Under the pieces are notes generated by a model. It made no database searches. It was not told where the DNA came from and was given only the letters and a program-made list of their open reading frames with translations. DNA of 54,453 nt, counting the filler, from Catajapyx aquilonaris (Eukaryota), in the NCBI GenBank assembly GCA_000934665.2. It is 2 parts of 2 records of this genome, joined end to end, with 100 filler letters (N's around TTAATTAATTAA, not from the genome) between each part and the next. Parts side by side here need not be neighbours in the genome. Positions count along the whole stretch, not along the records: positions 1 to 27,140 come from JYFJ02005102.1; positions 27,241 to 54,453 come from JYFJ02005103.1. One strand, 5' to 3'. The first letter of the stretch is position 1; every line of letters starts with the position of its first letter. Position numbers and translations under genes: made by a program. This document shows, in pieces, positions 26,845 to 39,789 of the stretch.

Positions 26845-27140
26845 CTGGAAAAAGCACACAGTATTGTATGTATCTAGCATTTCTTTCCCTTGAGCTATAA
26901 TTTTGCCAATGAAAGGTGATCAATATCTAGAAATGTGGAAATTGTAGAAGGCCTCACTGGACACCAAGAATTGTTGCATTACCTTTCATGATCTTTTCGC
27001 AAACTTTGCCAACTGCCAGGCTAATTTTCAAATGTCGCTAGCCTTATATTATTCCTATAAAAGTGCTGATGTCTGACATTCCTTTATCCTGCTAAGTACA
27101 TCAGTCTTTAAAAATTCATCTAATCAACAGGCTAATAATG

Positions 27141-27240
27141 NNNNNNNNNNNNNNNNNNNNNNNNNNNNNNNNNNNNNNNNNNNNTTAATTAATTAANNNN
27201 NNNNNNNNNNNNNNNNNNNNNNNNNNNNNNNNNNNNNNNN
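27141..27240. other. Assembly gap / contig linker (N44-TTAATTAATTAA-N44)
   Basis: Exactly 100 nt, with a 12-mer giving stop codons in all six frames. Artificial. Confidence 0.98.
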
Positions 27241-27583
27241 AAAGTGGTCGAAATCTATGGAAAATTGAACACAGCGTAGAAAAATATATGGTATTGTAAG
27301 TATTATGGAAAAAATGTACAAAACTTAAACGAAAATTCGCGCGCTCACGCGCGTGTGAGTGCTTATATTATGTTCGGGGCTTACTGTAGAGCTTGCTTAT
27401 AGCCGATGTGCTTTAGGAAGATTCCACTGTACTTTGTCAGTTACATTCACCTAAGTTTGTGTGACCTTGAACACACAAATTTCTCCAGCGGAAGGTTTTA
27501 TTTATTTATCCCGTGATCGAGCTCCGGGGGGGAGAGAAGGTAGCAAACCCCCCCTCCGAACAAAAATCCTGCGTACGGCCCTG
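27241..27583. mobile_element. Partial hAT-like non-autonomous element (one end, cut by the gap)
   Basis: Terminal CCCCCCCTCCGAACAAAAATCCTGCGTACGGCCCTG; its reverse complement CAGGGCCGTACGCAGGATTTTTG is a typical hAT-type terminus. Confidence 0.45.
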
Positions 27584-28281
27584 CCAGCAAGTGTGTCATA
27601 ATTTCATACAGCCAGTAAACAAGGATCCATTTTCTAGTTGGATAGGCTTAGTGATGTACCTATATGCTTAACATCACGTCGTGTGTACTGTACAATGCAC
27701 GAAAGAATGGATCATTAGGATAATTCTTATTGTCAGTTTCCCTACAACCCTCACAAAACTAACCATATAACAACCCCCAGATGGACCAAGGGGTAGACTA
27801 TATGGTTTCCGTTACCCATTTTTGTTTGCGGGAAGGGGATGACGCGGGGGATGCTGGACCTCTCACAATTGTTTTATTGGCGCATCAGCGTATTTTTACC
27901 TCAATTTATTTGACCACACACTGATCACGTTCATCAACCAGGGTGATGTGGTTTTTGCCCGAATTTGCGGGGGGAAGGGAGAGAGGGAATAAAGCGTTAC
28001 ATGATACAAATGACCTCGGTTAAAGGCTGCAAAAACTAGGTCGTGACATGTACAGTATTAGAATACTGTATCCTCATTCACTCGCAGGAAATAATATCAT
28101 ACAAAAATCACAAACAAAGAATATTTCAGATGAGTTCACATAAACATGTAATGCCCAGGTTAAGTTTTAATTGCTATAAAATTATGAAATCTATAGTAAC
28201 AAATTTACTTTAGGTGCCAGGATACCATTTCTGATCTAAAATTATTAATTTTTGGACATAATTATGTAGTAGTTACGGTGT

Positions 28282-28683
28282 GTTGCACATAATTATGCAA
28301 CAGTGAGCCTTAGAGGTTGTAATATTCGTATTTTAAAAATGCGGTAGCGAAGGGGTTAACGCTATAGAGCAAGTCTTTATCAACATGTACTGTACATAAC
28401 CATGAATAGGCCGATGATGCACAAGTACTTAGAAATTTTCTGATTCGGCACGTGTGTTTTGCGCATTCCTGCAAAAGAGCATTCACACTATGTAACATCA
28501 TGCACGCAACCGAAGTTATGAAAGCTGTCAGAGTTTGTTTCTTTGCATGTACGTGGTGCTGGAAGTACGATTAACACACCCGTATCTGCCATTTTCACTA
28601 GTGACCCCTATAGACTACAATAAAATTCCAAAAGTCGCGTTGCATATAATATTATGCAACGGTGCTGGGCCCTACAGGGTTCA
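28282..28683. mobile_element. Two direct copies of a piggyBac-like MITE end
   Basis: Palindromic GTTGCA..TAA..TTATGCAAC(A/G)GTG at 28282-28305 and 28639-28664, each followed by a degenerate AGGGTT(AA)-like end. Confidence 0.35.
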
Positions 28684-30769
28684 GAGCATGTTCAGTCCAT
28701 TTTAAAATCCTTACCAGATTCAAATTGTTCTTTCGGAAGTTGAGAATATTTTTAGTATATTTAAATGGATTTTCACACGATTTCATTATAATATTATAAC
28801 ATTAGAAAATGAATACGAATTTTCATGGTACAGTATTTTGAGAGTATTGAATTTACAACAATCAATTCATGTACCGCCCATCTGTTTCCAAATGTTTGTG
28901 ATATTTTGTTATTGATAGCAATGTTACATATCTCCTTTTTTCTTACGAGTATACAGTATAACTATAGATGTGTAGGCTATATGATTTTGAACAAAATTAG
29001 GTACAACATCACTATCGTGCCGAAAACTTTTATCAAGAACAAGCTTATAGGATGACTGCTAATTTTGTAGCAAGCAATGCACTGTTGGTATGTGAAATGT
29101 ATTATGACAACAGCTGACTTCCCAATATATTAGAGCTTGCTGTACAGTAGACTACAATATTATAAAATTAACATTGCTGTAACTGCATTTGTCGAGCGCT
29201 TCCCTAGCCTCAAGCTCATTAATGCTTTCTATAGAATTTTAAAAGGATTCAGTGACACAGACGAGAGCACAGACAGTTCAGATGTCTAATTTTGGACTAA
29301 AAAAGAAAATAAGCTGGACACAAAATATTATGTCTCCCAGTGAAAGAAAATTCAGCATGCGCCAATAACAACCCAGTTTAAAAAGCCATTTTCTGACATG
29401 ACCTGTACTGGGCATGCTAGTCTGTATAGCCTACTTTGTAATCTCCATTTTATGCTACGTACACACCTTTTCTTCTCCCTCTATGAGAACCGGGGGGCCT
29501 GAAAACTTCTGTTTTTTGCAGTAACCGTAGCTAATTTTCTGCGGTAATCATGCCACACGTGCTACACTTGTGAAAGTGTGCTAGAGAAAAGTTGGCAGTT
29601 TTGGACTCGCTGAGGTTGCGGTGTTACTACCCGAGAGATTTACAGTCACTCTGCCATGGAAATCCAGCTTTGGGGAGCATCTGTGAGGATGTCTTTAATT
29701 TACGCTTCTCTAACAGTCAGGATATGCTTTCTGAGTCCCACATGTAAAGAAGAGTAATGCATATTGTAAAGTGGGAGAAAATTAGGAGCGTCAGTCATGG
29801 CGTCACGTTGTCGCCACCAACTTGAAAGTAAATTTATTGCCGCAACGTTACAGTACAGAACTACTGCATTGTTTAAACAGTAAGGAGGGTTTTTTTTTCG
29901 TGTGATGCTGCTGTTCTAGTTCTTAAAAATGTTGGATTAAGTGCTGGTGTAGTGTGCTCCTTCAGGACAATTTTTTTTCCAAAAAGTAATCACAAGTAAG
30001 GAACGCGCTCAAAACAGCGACGCAACTACTTTATTTGTTACAGGCCGTCCTGTATAAGATTGCTGTCTGCCTTATGTCAAAATATGCACGGTGTATAGTG
30101 CAGTTATATTATGATGATTTTTGATGGAATATTCTGAGGAAATTCTTGGCGGGCTTCCAGGACCACCAGAAATGGATCCTTGGCGCCGCATCATCGAGGA
30201 ACACATTCAGACACCAAGTATACATGATACCATGAGTTTATAATGCTACGAGTGAGAAGCGTCATTATGGGCCTGGTCCTATATAAAACCGCACAGTGGT
30301 TTGCATTCTGCTAAGAGATGGCAGAGGAGTGTAAGGGCCCTTATCACCCGCCTATAGATAATCTGTTGCAGCTCTCATGGCTCCTGCTGGAGGAAGATGG
30401 GATTGCAAGTGCACTACTGTAGTGAGAAAACCAGGAGGTAAAACTCACATTTACCGAAAATTGTGATTTTTAATGTTCTTCTGGGAAACTCAAGCACATT
30501 CGCATTTCAGGGGAAGTTTCTGTGTTATTGTCACGAAAAAGGCGAACTTTGACATTGGGTGACCTAGATTACACCATACGAGCCAATACGCCTAAAATGC
30601 TATCTCTAAGAAGTGAGTTCTGACGTAAGGTCAGACCACCATCACGAGTATGGCAGAAAGGTGGTTCACCTTGGCTATAATAATAATAATTGGGTAGTGC
30701 GGACCTCTTTCGAGGTATTACACGGACCTTTATTTATTTTGCAATTTTACATACAGTTTCGTCGCAACA

Positions 30770-31033
30770 CCCTGGTCCACGGGCGTATGGGGAAGGGGAG
30801 CTTCCCAAGGGAGGGCGCTCTCATGTAGTTACTAGTCATTGCAGACCCTCTTAAACATCAGACCTTTTCTCCTGGCCCCGATCAGAGAAGGGAGTGCAAT
30901 TCTGCTCCGGCATGTCGGGTGAAAAGCGGAAAAAGACCCGGCCAAGCAGAGGTGACGGTGACGGGGACGGGATATGAACCCCGGCCTCCCGCTTGGCAGG
31001 CCAGCGGCGTAACCGCTAGACCACCATGCCTCC
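30770..31033 (-). mobile_element. tRNA-Gly(GCC)-derived SINE
   Basis: Head 31029-30959 reads GCATGGTGGTCTAGCGGTTACGCCGCTGGCCTGCCAAGCGGGAGGCCGGGGTTCATATCCCG. It has A and B boxes and closely resembles tRNA-Gly-GCC, but acceptor and anticodon stems are broken. The 3' boundary is approximate. Confidence 0.75.
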
Positions 31034-31075
31034 CTGCACCTTGGCTATAGGTTAGCCTGACCACAACATCCTAGG

Positions 31076-31510
31076 TGTCACCAGAGTTGCGCCAAGTTAC
31101 GACATCCCTGTTGCAAACTTGCAATAACTCCATCGGTATCAGAGGGACATTTCCCCTATGTCATGACGTTTCTCAATGTTTCCTACCACAATGATGCAAA
31201 GAGGGTATTTCCGCCTGAACTGCATAAATACCGGGAATGGGGCGGTCAGAGGGAGAGAAGCCTAGAGGACGAAGACCGAAGAAGCCAGAGGGTCTGGAGA
31301 CAGACGGACGAGACCCCGCTGAAGGAAGCCATCAAGAAGCCACGGACTAGAAGCCACGATCCAGAGCCGAAGCCACCCGCAGGATGAGCCTGGGGACACC
31401 ACCCTATTAGTCATCGTGGTGAGATAGCCCGACACTGGACCTGTTTACTCATTGACAAATAAAAGGGTCGTCTTGACTACCTGTGCTTCTGTTCCTACAA
31501 CCCACGTCAC
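31076..31510 (+). mobile_element. Probable solo LTR
   Basis: Begins TGTCAC and ends near ...CACGTCAC. TATA-like CATAAATA at ~31223, a purine-rich segment, and AATAAA at ~31458 about 50 nt from the end. No target-site duplication recognised. Confidence 0.5.
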
Positions 31511-34500
31511 TTGTGCATCAGGGATGAAAGATTTCTGGTAACCCCCCGATCTTGGCAAAGTTGACCAAGGTTTGCGATATTATAAATGTTTTGCCCGATC
31601 TAATTCGCATCAACATTGCCCAGTAGGGTTTTTGACGGTTATCAAGCCCTTAGAAAATGATGAGACCCAGTGTTTTAACTCCAATAATGCGTTTTTCAGA
31701 AGCGCCTTTATTCGTGATTTCAGGTTTATAATATATGATTACCTTTCCGCCCTCCAGGGATAACAGAATACTCCCGTATCATCATGCTGCTCTCAAAGTG
31801 CGACTGTTGACTACCCCCAAAAAAAAGACCGAGTGAGGTATATGCACCAACAGAACCTAGAGCTGTTGATTGAGCCCACCTGGGCTGTCGATATAGTGGA
31901 AACCGATGGGGAGATTATAGTGGTGAGATTAGCGCGTAGCCGCAGGGAAAGTTTGAGCCAAATTGAGCATTCATTTTATTTCATTTTGCCTATGGAATGG
32001 ACAGAACACAGAAGCTCATTTCTCCAGCGATCAACTTACTATTATCAGAAGAAAAATATGTAGCCTACCCTTTCGAATGGTTACAAAAATTATTATAAGC
32101 ATAAGGAAGATTTCGAACCCGAATATACGTGAATCTATTGGATCCGTAGGAGGGAAGAGGGATTTTTAATAATATTCCCCAGCCTCATGCAGCTAAATGA
32201 CATCTGTACTTTGGTGAAAAGAACACAAAATTAACAACTGTTGTTATCCTCTTAGATATCCCTCGCTTTTATTTCGTTACGTACGAGATTCCTCTGACTA
32301 AACACTGTAAAATTTGAGTTACGCAATTTTTTCACCCAGCTACTCCATGAAGTCTTGTTCAAATGATAACATTCTAGGTACCTACCAAAATAATAATAAG
32401 TAAGATTTCGAGATTACTGAGAAAATCAAATCAATAATGTTGAACCTCGTGTGTCAAATAATGGAGAGATACAATTCATCATCTTCACGTATAATTATTG
32501 TCGCTATTCAGGACAGTCGGTCACAGGCTCCAAGTCAGTAAACCCAGCACATGTATCAGTAACACATGTAAACAACTCTCTACCGACTGCTTGCAAAGCT
32601 TAAATACTCAGGCCAAATTACGACTGAACTTCGGCAAAAATTAAGAGGCTGAAAGACCTGAGCTCTCCATCAGGGAGAGGCACTCGAAAATACGTTGCGG
32701 AAATGCTTAGCTGAATGTTGGATGCATGCCCGCTAATATCTAACAACCTTGGCTTCCCCTGCTACTATCCACAGCCAGGGCCTCGGTCGTGACGCCTCGT
32801 CACCTACGTAAGAACCACTGGATGCTGCTGCTGCTGCTCATTTTCTGGTTTGAATATCGTCCATGAGGCAACTGCGAGTTGCTTAACGGTTTTTCACGTG
32901 GTTAGTCAATCTTTCTAGTGTATACAGTATAATTATATTATATATGGTATATACATACTCTGGGTATAAAAGGCAAAGTTACTGTATATGAAGGCAATGG
33001 TCTTCCACGAGACCGAAATTTTGCAGTCTTGTTTCGACGTCCAGGCGTACCAGTAAATAGCCTACTGTATTTCTGAAAATTATGTTCAAAAATGGATAAA
33101 AGATGCTCTGTAATACAAGTGAACCAGTTGACACTCTTCCCTCGGAAATAATTTGCAAATAAATATAATGTACATCGCTGCCGATCATCTAGAACTTACC
33201 TTGTCTAATAATGAAAGTGCTATTTCTGTGAAGTAACATACAAATAGCAAGGGTGCGCATACTCCAAAGCGCAATATCCTGATTTCATGTTTTGTATTTT
33301 AAAATAAATTTTATTGTGAGTGCAAAGACTACGTAAATATCCCGCTTAATATAAACAGCATTTACTATTCTCCAGGACAGGTACCGAACAAAATTAGCAT
33401 AAGAATGCTCCTTCGGCATTTAGCAGCATATACGCGACCCTTGGCAGTGTGCGCTCCTGACTGAAAACCGGAAACATTAGCACAGAAAAGCTGCTAAGCT
33501 CCGATAGCGGTGGTCGACAACAGTGAATCCCTGGCCACAGTGATCGTTGTCTGGAAGTACAGTAACTGCAAAGTTGACCTCCCAGAAAAGACTATATAAT
33601 ATAAGCTATATGCTGAGGTAGCTGAGTGAATGGCAAATTATGCGACTGACATGGCCACTATCATGCTTCCCCTTTGGAATTTTGTTTATCACCGCGTTTG
33701 GTATGTCGCTGTTGTGTTTTTAAACTATTACTGGCAGATTTTGTTTTGTAATGGGATAGCCTCTTGGATAGCCCCCCGAATATTGACTGCTTTTTGATGA
33801 CCATTTCCCAATAATGATGCTCTTCTCTCCAGCACTACAATAATAATTATGGCGTACGTACTTCCTACATCCGAAAATAAAATAATCCACTTGTCAAAAT
33901 ACTCCCAATAATAATGCGTAACTACAAAAATTACATTACATGTGGCGATGTAGGCCAACACAAAATACAGTATAGCTGGCTTGGCCTGATGACGACAATG
34001 CAATCAAAGTGCAGTATGATTTCCAAATCATCAATCAGCCAGATCCCCTAAACTATCTCACGTCATGTCAAGGACCTTTGGCGTATTCATCACCCAAAAT
34101 CAGTATGGGGCATCAGTTGGAGACAAGTAACATAACAGAGAAGAAATCGAATTGAAGTGACTGGTAAGGCAATTAGGTGACCAACGTTGTCAGATTCACC
34201 TGTCGACTCGTAGTTACCACTGTAATGGTACTAATACGTTTTCAATTTACTGGTCCCATGCATATAGAGGACATCCTGGACTTAATCTGCATGACTAAGT
34301 TGTGAGAAGCTACAGCGGTAGACGTGGGAGAAGGACTCAGCACCTGGCGCATAATTATAACTCTTATGAAGAAGTCATTTATTAAAATTGTGCAATTTTA
34401 TGATGCAAGACATACTGTAGTTCTATAAATGACAATTGCTTTGTACCTGGCTATCAGAGGTGGACCCTCGTGGTGTGACCAATTATTGAGTAATTGAACC

Positions 34501-35099
34501 CCTTAGAAGCATGCAACCCACACCGATTTCAAATCCTCTTTAAAAGTTGTTTCCGTTCTCTGAACTGGATAATTTCGAATTTGCGATGATAATTACGATC
34601 CGTTTTTCTACCCGCCAATTACGCCTTTATCATATGCCATATTCCACCCTAACTTCTTCCATTCTGCTCCCTTGGCTCTCCAACAGAAAAGTACTTCTTT
34701 ACCTCTTGATCACCCCCCCTCATTAAAGATTCCAATTAAGACCTTTGCTTTATTTAACAGAGGGGTTGAGGTTGTGCCTAAATCCACTTAGTCTGCTGGA
34801 AGGAGGGGGGCCGAGCCGGGGGAAAAGGAAATTGTTGGTTCAGGCCGTTGCAAGAAAATGGCCTTAGCTTGCGTGTCCTGTGGCTTGGCACTTTCCACTA
34901 ATTCGTTTATCGGAGGGAAGGAGGCAGGGAGGAGGGGGCAGGAGGAAAGAAATGGCAAGGCACAACCGGGTGCCTTTCCAAACCTTGAAACCTGAAATTT
35001 CATTCTTGCGCCATTTACCTCTTTAAAAATAGAATGAATTTTCAACTCACACTTTGCATCAGAAACAGTTGATATTTTCCCAATATGCGCATGTGTGTG

Positions 35100-35700
35100 T
35101 TGTCCCCCAGTTGCCAGTTGCATGATGCCAGTTTAGTTGTCAAGCAACAAGAAAAGCCAAGAAAAACACCACAATCACTGTTATATCCTTGCGCATGCCC
35201 AGATATAGGTGTCTTGTTACAAGTACTTCCAGTGTCGATAGGACGTACCGTTTGGAGATGGCGCGATCCATTCTGTTGAACTCTGAGGCCGCTTGTCATT
35301 TCGAAACACAATCTATTGTAAAGTGCCGGATAGAAAACGTGCATTGAACGGAAGCAGTTTGGACAGCCCTGAGCGAGAGTAATGGGAAGAAGTATAATGA
35401 CTATTTGAGATGCTCTAAAGTACGCACGCGCTTGGGGGGAAAAACGCCGCCTGAATAGAATAGCAATTACTTTGCTTCCTGGAAGACAAACATTATTCAG
35501 GCGAACTTGCTTGGAAAGGGGGACGCGAAAAGTTTTTGCAATGGTTTTAACGTCGGTCTCTCTTTCCTTTGGCAACAGAAGACAAGCAAGGTCTTTAACG
35601 GTGTGCACCGTATGCCTGAGGTCTGATAGGCTGTTGAAATTTTAACGCCATCTTGAATGCCTTGTCACAATCTCGGTGTTGATGAAATAGACAGGAGTTG
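35100..35700 (-). pseudogene. Possible decayed Ulp1/C48-like cysteine-protease remnant (transposon-borne)
   Basis: The 188-aa ORF (35042-35608) contains IVIILLPI and AQGYNSDCGVFL, resembling the Q-x-N-x-x-DCGVF catalytic-Cys motif. The catalytic His-Trp is not seen. Confidence 0.3.
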
Positions 35701-37920
35701 TTGTGTTCAATGCCAGTGGAGTCTATCATAATATCCTATGATCATGAACATTAAAGTGATATTCACACTGCGGTGCTCAAAATGCTTGCAACGATTACCA
35801 ATCAGCATTCCCATACGTCCCATTGGGAAGAACTGATTGTGAATGTGTGCATATTTTTATTAAATATGAATAATTTTATATTTCGTTAAAAATTCATGGG
35901 TGTGAATCTGGCCTGATGCAAATTTTAATCGTAGCCTATACACTGCAGGTCATAATAATTATGACCTGTAGTGTGTACTATTAACCTTTAATATTGTTAG
36001 GTTAAGTTAATTATTATTATTGATAAGGCCACACGGACGGCATGGGCGTTGTCGTCAACCAATATCATGAAATCTTAATATCCCTCACAACCATGTAACC
36101 ATCTGCTAAATGAGCGGTCCACATTTACACCTGCAAAAATCTGAGCTGACATTTGGGACAACCTGTATAATCTAGGACATGTCCCGGGCGCGAAATTACC
36201 CGGATATTGCAACATGGCATATGTATATTACAAGTACTTTAATTTCATTATTTTTGATGCACAAATCTGAGGTGGGAGGTTGGTCACATTATTAAATATT
36301 GGACGCGGACACGTGATTTAAATAATCGAATACGGACTGTTAAAATGTCAATACATATTTCCATAATTAAACCGATCATATTACAAGCACACATAATACA
36401 GATTGAAACGCAATCAACTAATGATTCAAATTGGACTCGTGACAAAAAAACGACGCGTTTCCACACTATTTTTTTGCCACCATTCACACCATAGTACAGG
36501 TCAAAAAAGAGAGAAAATTGTCGGCGGATCCAAGTTCCAGATATTGGGCGCGTGATTTTTGATAGTCGGTAATGTTGCACGACCTTTCTTTCCTACAGAC
36601 CTACCCCCCNCCTCCCACCCCTCCGACCAAGAAAACTTCTTCCATTCTTCATGATGAAGCGAGTGCTACCTCCCCGAAATATTTCATCATCCCGGAGAGG
36701 AAATGCTGGCACCACGGAGCCATTCGCAAGTCGGCTTCAGTCTTACAACCTCCCAGATTGCTGTAGGGGTTTCGCCATTTTTTACGCCTTATACTTTTTA
36801 TGCTTTTCCTCCACCTTTTTTTATACTTAGTAAGTATCACTCGAGTTGAAAGGTGGATATTTATTAATCTCGGAGGAAGCTAGTCAGATATATTGTAGTT
36901 TTCATGAAGCCACGCATAAAAATTTAAATATTGATTCTGGCCGTGTGTCAAGGTTCTTAATTGCTTGATTTGGTTCGAGATTTTGATTCACACGATGTTG
37001 ACTGAACAATATGGAGGATGATGATTCAGACCAATTTTTAGTGTGAACTTCTGAGCACCAGAAAATTCCTAACCGATCTGTATCGATATTTTCTTCGAAT
37101 AAAATTGTTCTAAAATGATTCGGAGTCAGCCGGTTATTACATACAGTATATCACGAATCAATTTCCTGCAAATTCAGTGGTTTTTCGTGCACAGCATGTC
37201 ACTAGGCCATATTCTCGTGATATCATATCCAATACACACAACCCTTCTATACATACTCAACATTCTCAGAAGATAATACCCAAAAATAGTGTTTCACAGG
37301 GAGAGAATCACCATATATTTGACAAAGCCAGGCACAACAGTATTTCTACGACGCGACGCGACGTTTAGACAACGAAACAAATAAGATGTTGCACTTTTAC
37401 AGACACCTATTTCTCACCGCCTCATCCCATCTCCTTAATTAGGACTACAGACACTTTAATTGCTGCGAAATGAGATATACTGTACCGCTGTCGCGTTATA
37501 CAGTGTCAGAAATGACGAAGAAGGATTAGGTTCGTATCAAAGGGGTTTGAAGGAAGGTTTACAAGCAAGAATAATACAGTACAACCATTCTCCTTTTTCA
37601 CACACCTTGTCACTGTATTAGAATAGACCTACATTGTAATAATGAAACATCGGTATACGATGCAGAAAAACTGTTACTGAAGTTTTTCTAAGAGCAAAAT
37701 ACTGTCTCTTAAAGCTAGACAACTTATTCAAAATTGCGAGAAATGTAATATTAAAGTGCTGGAATAGTGTTTTCTTTCATAGAGCAGTCCAGGTAATGTT
37801 AAATATGATTAATTAGTTTTCGTGGTGCATATCTTATAAAGTGTCTTGTCGTAATTTTGCTCTTCGCCTGCTCATATAAAATATTCAAATGCAAAGTCAC
37901 ATGTCGAGATTTGTTGATAT

Positions 37921-38200
37921 TTTTTATTTATTTATTTTATTTTTATTTATTTTACCCCATTGCATTGGGAGAATCGGCGCTCCATTAGGGGGGTGGAATA
38001 CCACCATTGGATTGGGCCAAGGATATGGAAGGAAGGAAGCGGCTGTTTCCTATTATACGGAAACAACCCCTGAATTATGCTGGGGGAACCGCGGAAAATC
38101 ACAGAAAACCACGTTCAGGATTGCCGGCCCCGGGAATCGAACCCAGGACTTCCCGATTAGCAGTCGGACTTCCTAACCACCACACCAACCTGCTTCGGTT
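37921..38200 (-). mobile_element. tRNA-derived SINE with Inv-like conserved core and A-rich tail
   Basis: A box TGGTGTGGTGG and B box GGTTCGATTCCC; core GTGGTTTTCTGTGATTTTCC...CAGCCGCTTCCTTCC; (A/TAAA)n tail; 14-bp TSD AGATT(T/A)GTTGATAT at 37907-37920 and 38201-38214 (1 mismatch). Confidence 0.88.
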
Positions 38201-38946
38201 AGATTAGTTGATATATGAGTTGAATCATAATGATTTCGGTTACTGATTACGTTTAATGTAAAGAGAAGGCATGTGCATGACCTCATTGTGACCCATAAGC
38301 GCATGAGGAAGTTTTATGGTCGGAAGAAACTTGGGCCGTGACAACTTATTGTTGCTATATCCATATCTCTCATTAAGAAGGCGCAACCTTTCCGACAAAA
38401 TAATAAGTTTCTTTTGGTTGCAGTTATTGTGCTTCTATACTCTGGTGTTTGATTGCAATATAGACTATCAAAATTAGAAATAAGTTTATATTTCTCTCTT
38501 TTTCATGGAAGCCATTTATGGAAGCTAAGAAAAGTTTGGAAACTAATTTGTAAGAGTAAAGCTTCAGTAAACGTGTATTATTGCGTGGAAAAAGTCAGTA
38601 GGAATATATGTTTCTTGCTGTGAGCTGTTTCTTGCTACCTTAATATTTGTTTTCCCGCTAGTAGGCCTATAGTATAAAATGCTGAAAGAAATATCTAAGA
38701 ACCTAACGTTGAAGATGATGACCGTAACACATGGCTCAGGCCATGATTAGGGGCTCATCTATAGGCTACATACCTTACAGGATAAGGTACTGTAAAGCAG
38801 GTTGCCACATGTGTCTACGAAAAACCCAAATTGTCATAGTATTTTGCGTCATTAACGATGACACGAACCCAAACAGACTGGTTTAGATTCAACGAGTCGA
38901 CTGGACGTTGGATGACCTGGAGTTATGACTCACTCTGTATAATTAA

Positions 38947-39171
38947 TAGAGTCCGGATTTTTAGGCACGAAAAAAGGCCAAATAGGCATGAAAAGCTGCG
39001 AAGAGCCAGAATATGCAAAATAGTTCCATAAACCACTAAATATGCCATTTTAGGCACTATAAAACCTACATTTTCCACATCCTGGACTTATGTAACGGAT
39101 AGATCTCTTCAGAAAAACCATGCCAACTGTTAAGTAACTAAATAGGCATTTGCCAAAAAACCCGCACTCTA
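38947..39171. mobile_element. MITE with about 21-bp TIRs (Mutator-like, tentative)
   Basis: TAGAGTCCGGATTTTTAGGCA ... TGCCAAAAAACCCGCACTCTA, with internal TAGGCA repeats and imperfect AT-rich 9-bp flanks. Confidence 0.7.
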
Positions 39172-39491
39172 TATAAATGAACTATAACGTATCCATTTCA
39201 ATCTACGGTACATGGACGTAATCTAATGCAGACGCAAACTTGTCCGCAATCGTCTTGATCTGGACCAGCCCAAACTACTGAAACGTAGATCGCCAGGGCC
39301 AGAGAATTGAGCATCAAATATTAACTTCTGCGGATCCAGAGACGGGTACCATTCAAGAAGCCTTACCGCCCCTTTCCCCCATGTCCCTGAGCCCCCATCA
39401 CGCATGTCTCTCCCCCCTTTCAAAACGAGGATATTGGTTTTTGCATGCGCTGGATAATGAAAAAAGTATTTTATTGAATGTGTATGCAGGG

Positions 39492-39789
39492 CAGCCCCTA
39501 GAAACTTCTATCCCAGCGCAATAGAAAAGGCTGATCCGTTATTCCTTCCCGCAGCGGCGCTAGTAAAAACAATGGAATCTCGCTGTGCGTGTCGTTCATT
39601 CGCCATAACAAACTAGCGACCCTGTCGGTACAACTCGTGCTACCAATAGCGTATACCAAGATGGCCGCAATATGGAGATGTTCACGATCCAGTTCACATC
39701 ATGGCGACCTCCAGTCAGCGCCACGGCGGGATTGAGTAACGGATCGCAAGATGGCGGGGAGTTTCCCGACCTATCCTTCTAAGACCGTG
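39492..39789. mobile_element. Non-autonomous DNA element with 8-bp TSD (P/hAT-type)
   Basis: Exact ATGCAGGG duplication at 39484-39491 and 39790-39797; CA...TG ends with a degenerate TIR (CAGCCCCTAGAA versus TTCTAAGACCGTG). Confidence 0.6.

Noticed and set aside
22635..26900. Plus-strand and alternate-frame ORFs over the papilin exons
   Set aside because: Antisense or frameshifted shadows of Cys/Gly-rich coding exons, with no independent motifs.
27185..27196. TTAATTAATTAA as a biological motif (e.g. piggyBac site)
   Set aside because: It is centred in N runs totalling 100 nt: a synthetic six-frame stop linker.
30959..31029. Functional tRNA-Gly gene
   Set aside because: Acceptor and anticodon stems do not pair properly and there is no oligo-T terminator right after it; it continues into a SINE-like body.
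35937..35977. 41-bp hairpin as an ncRNA or terminator
   Set aside because: Too short, with a 1-nt loop and AT-rich centre, in a eukaryotic context; most likely TE debris.
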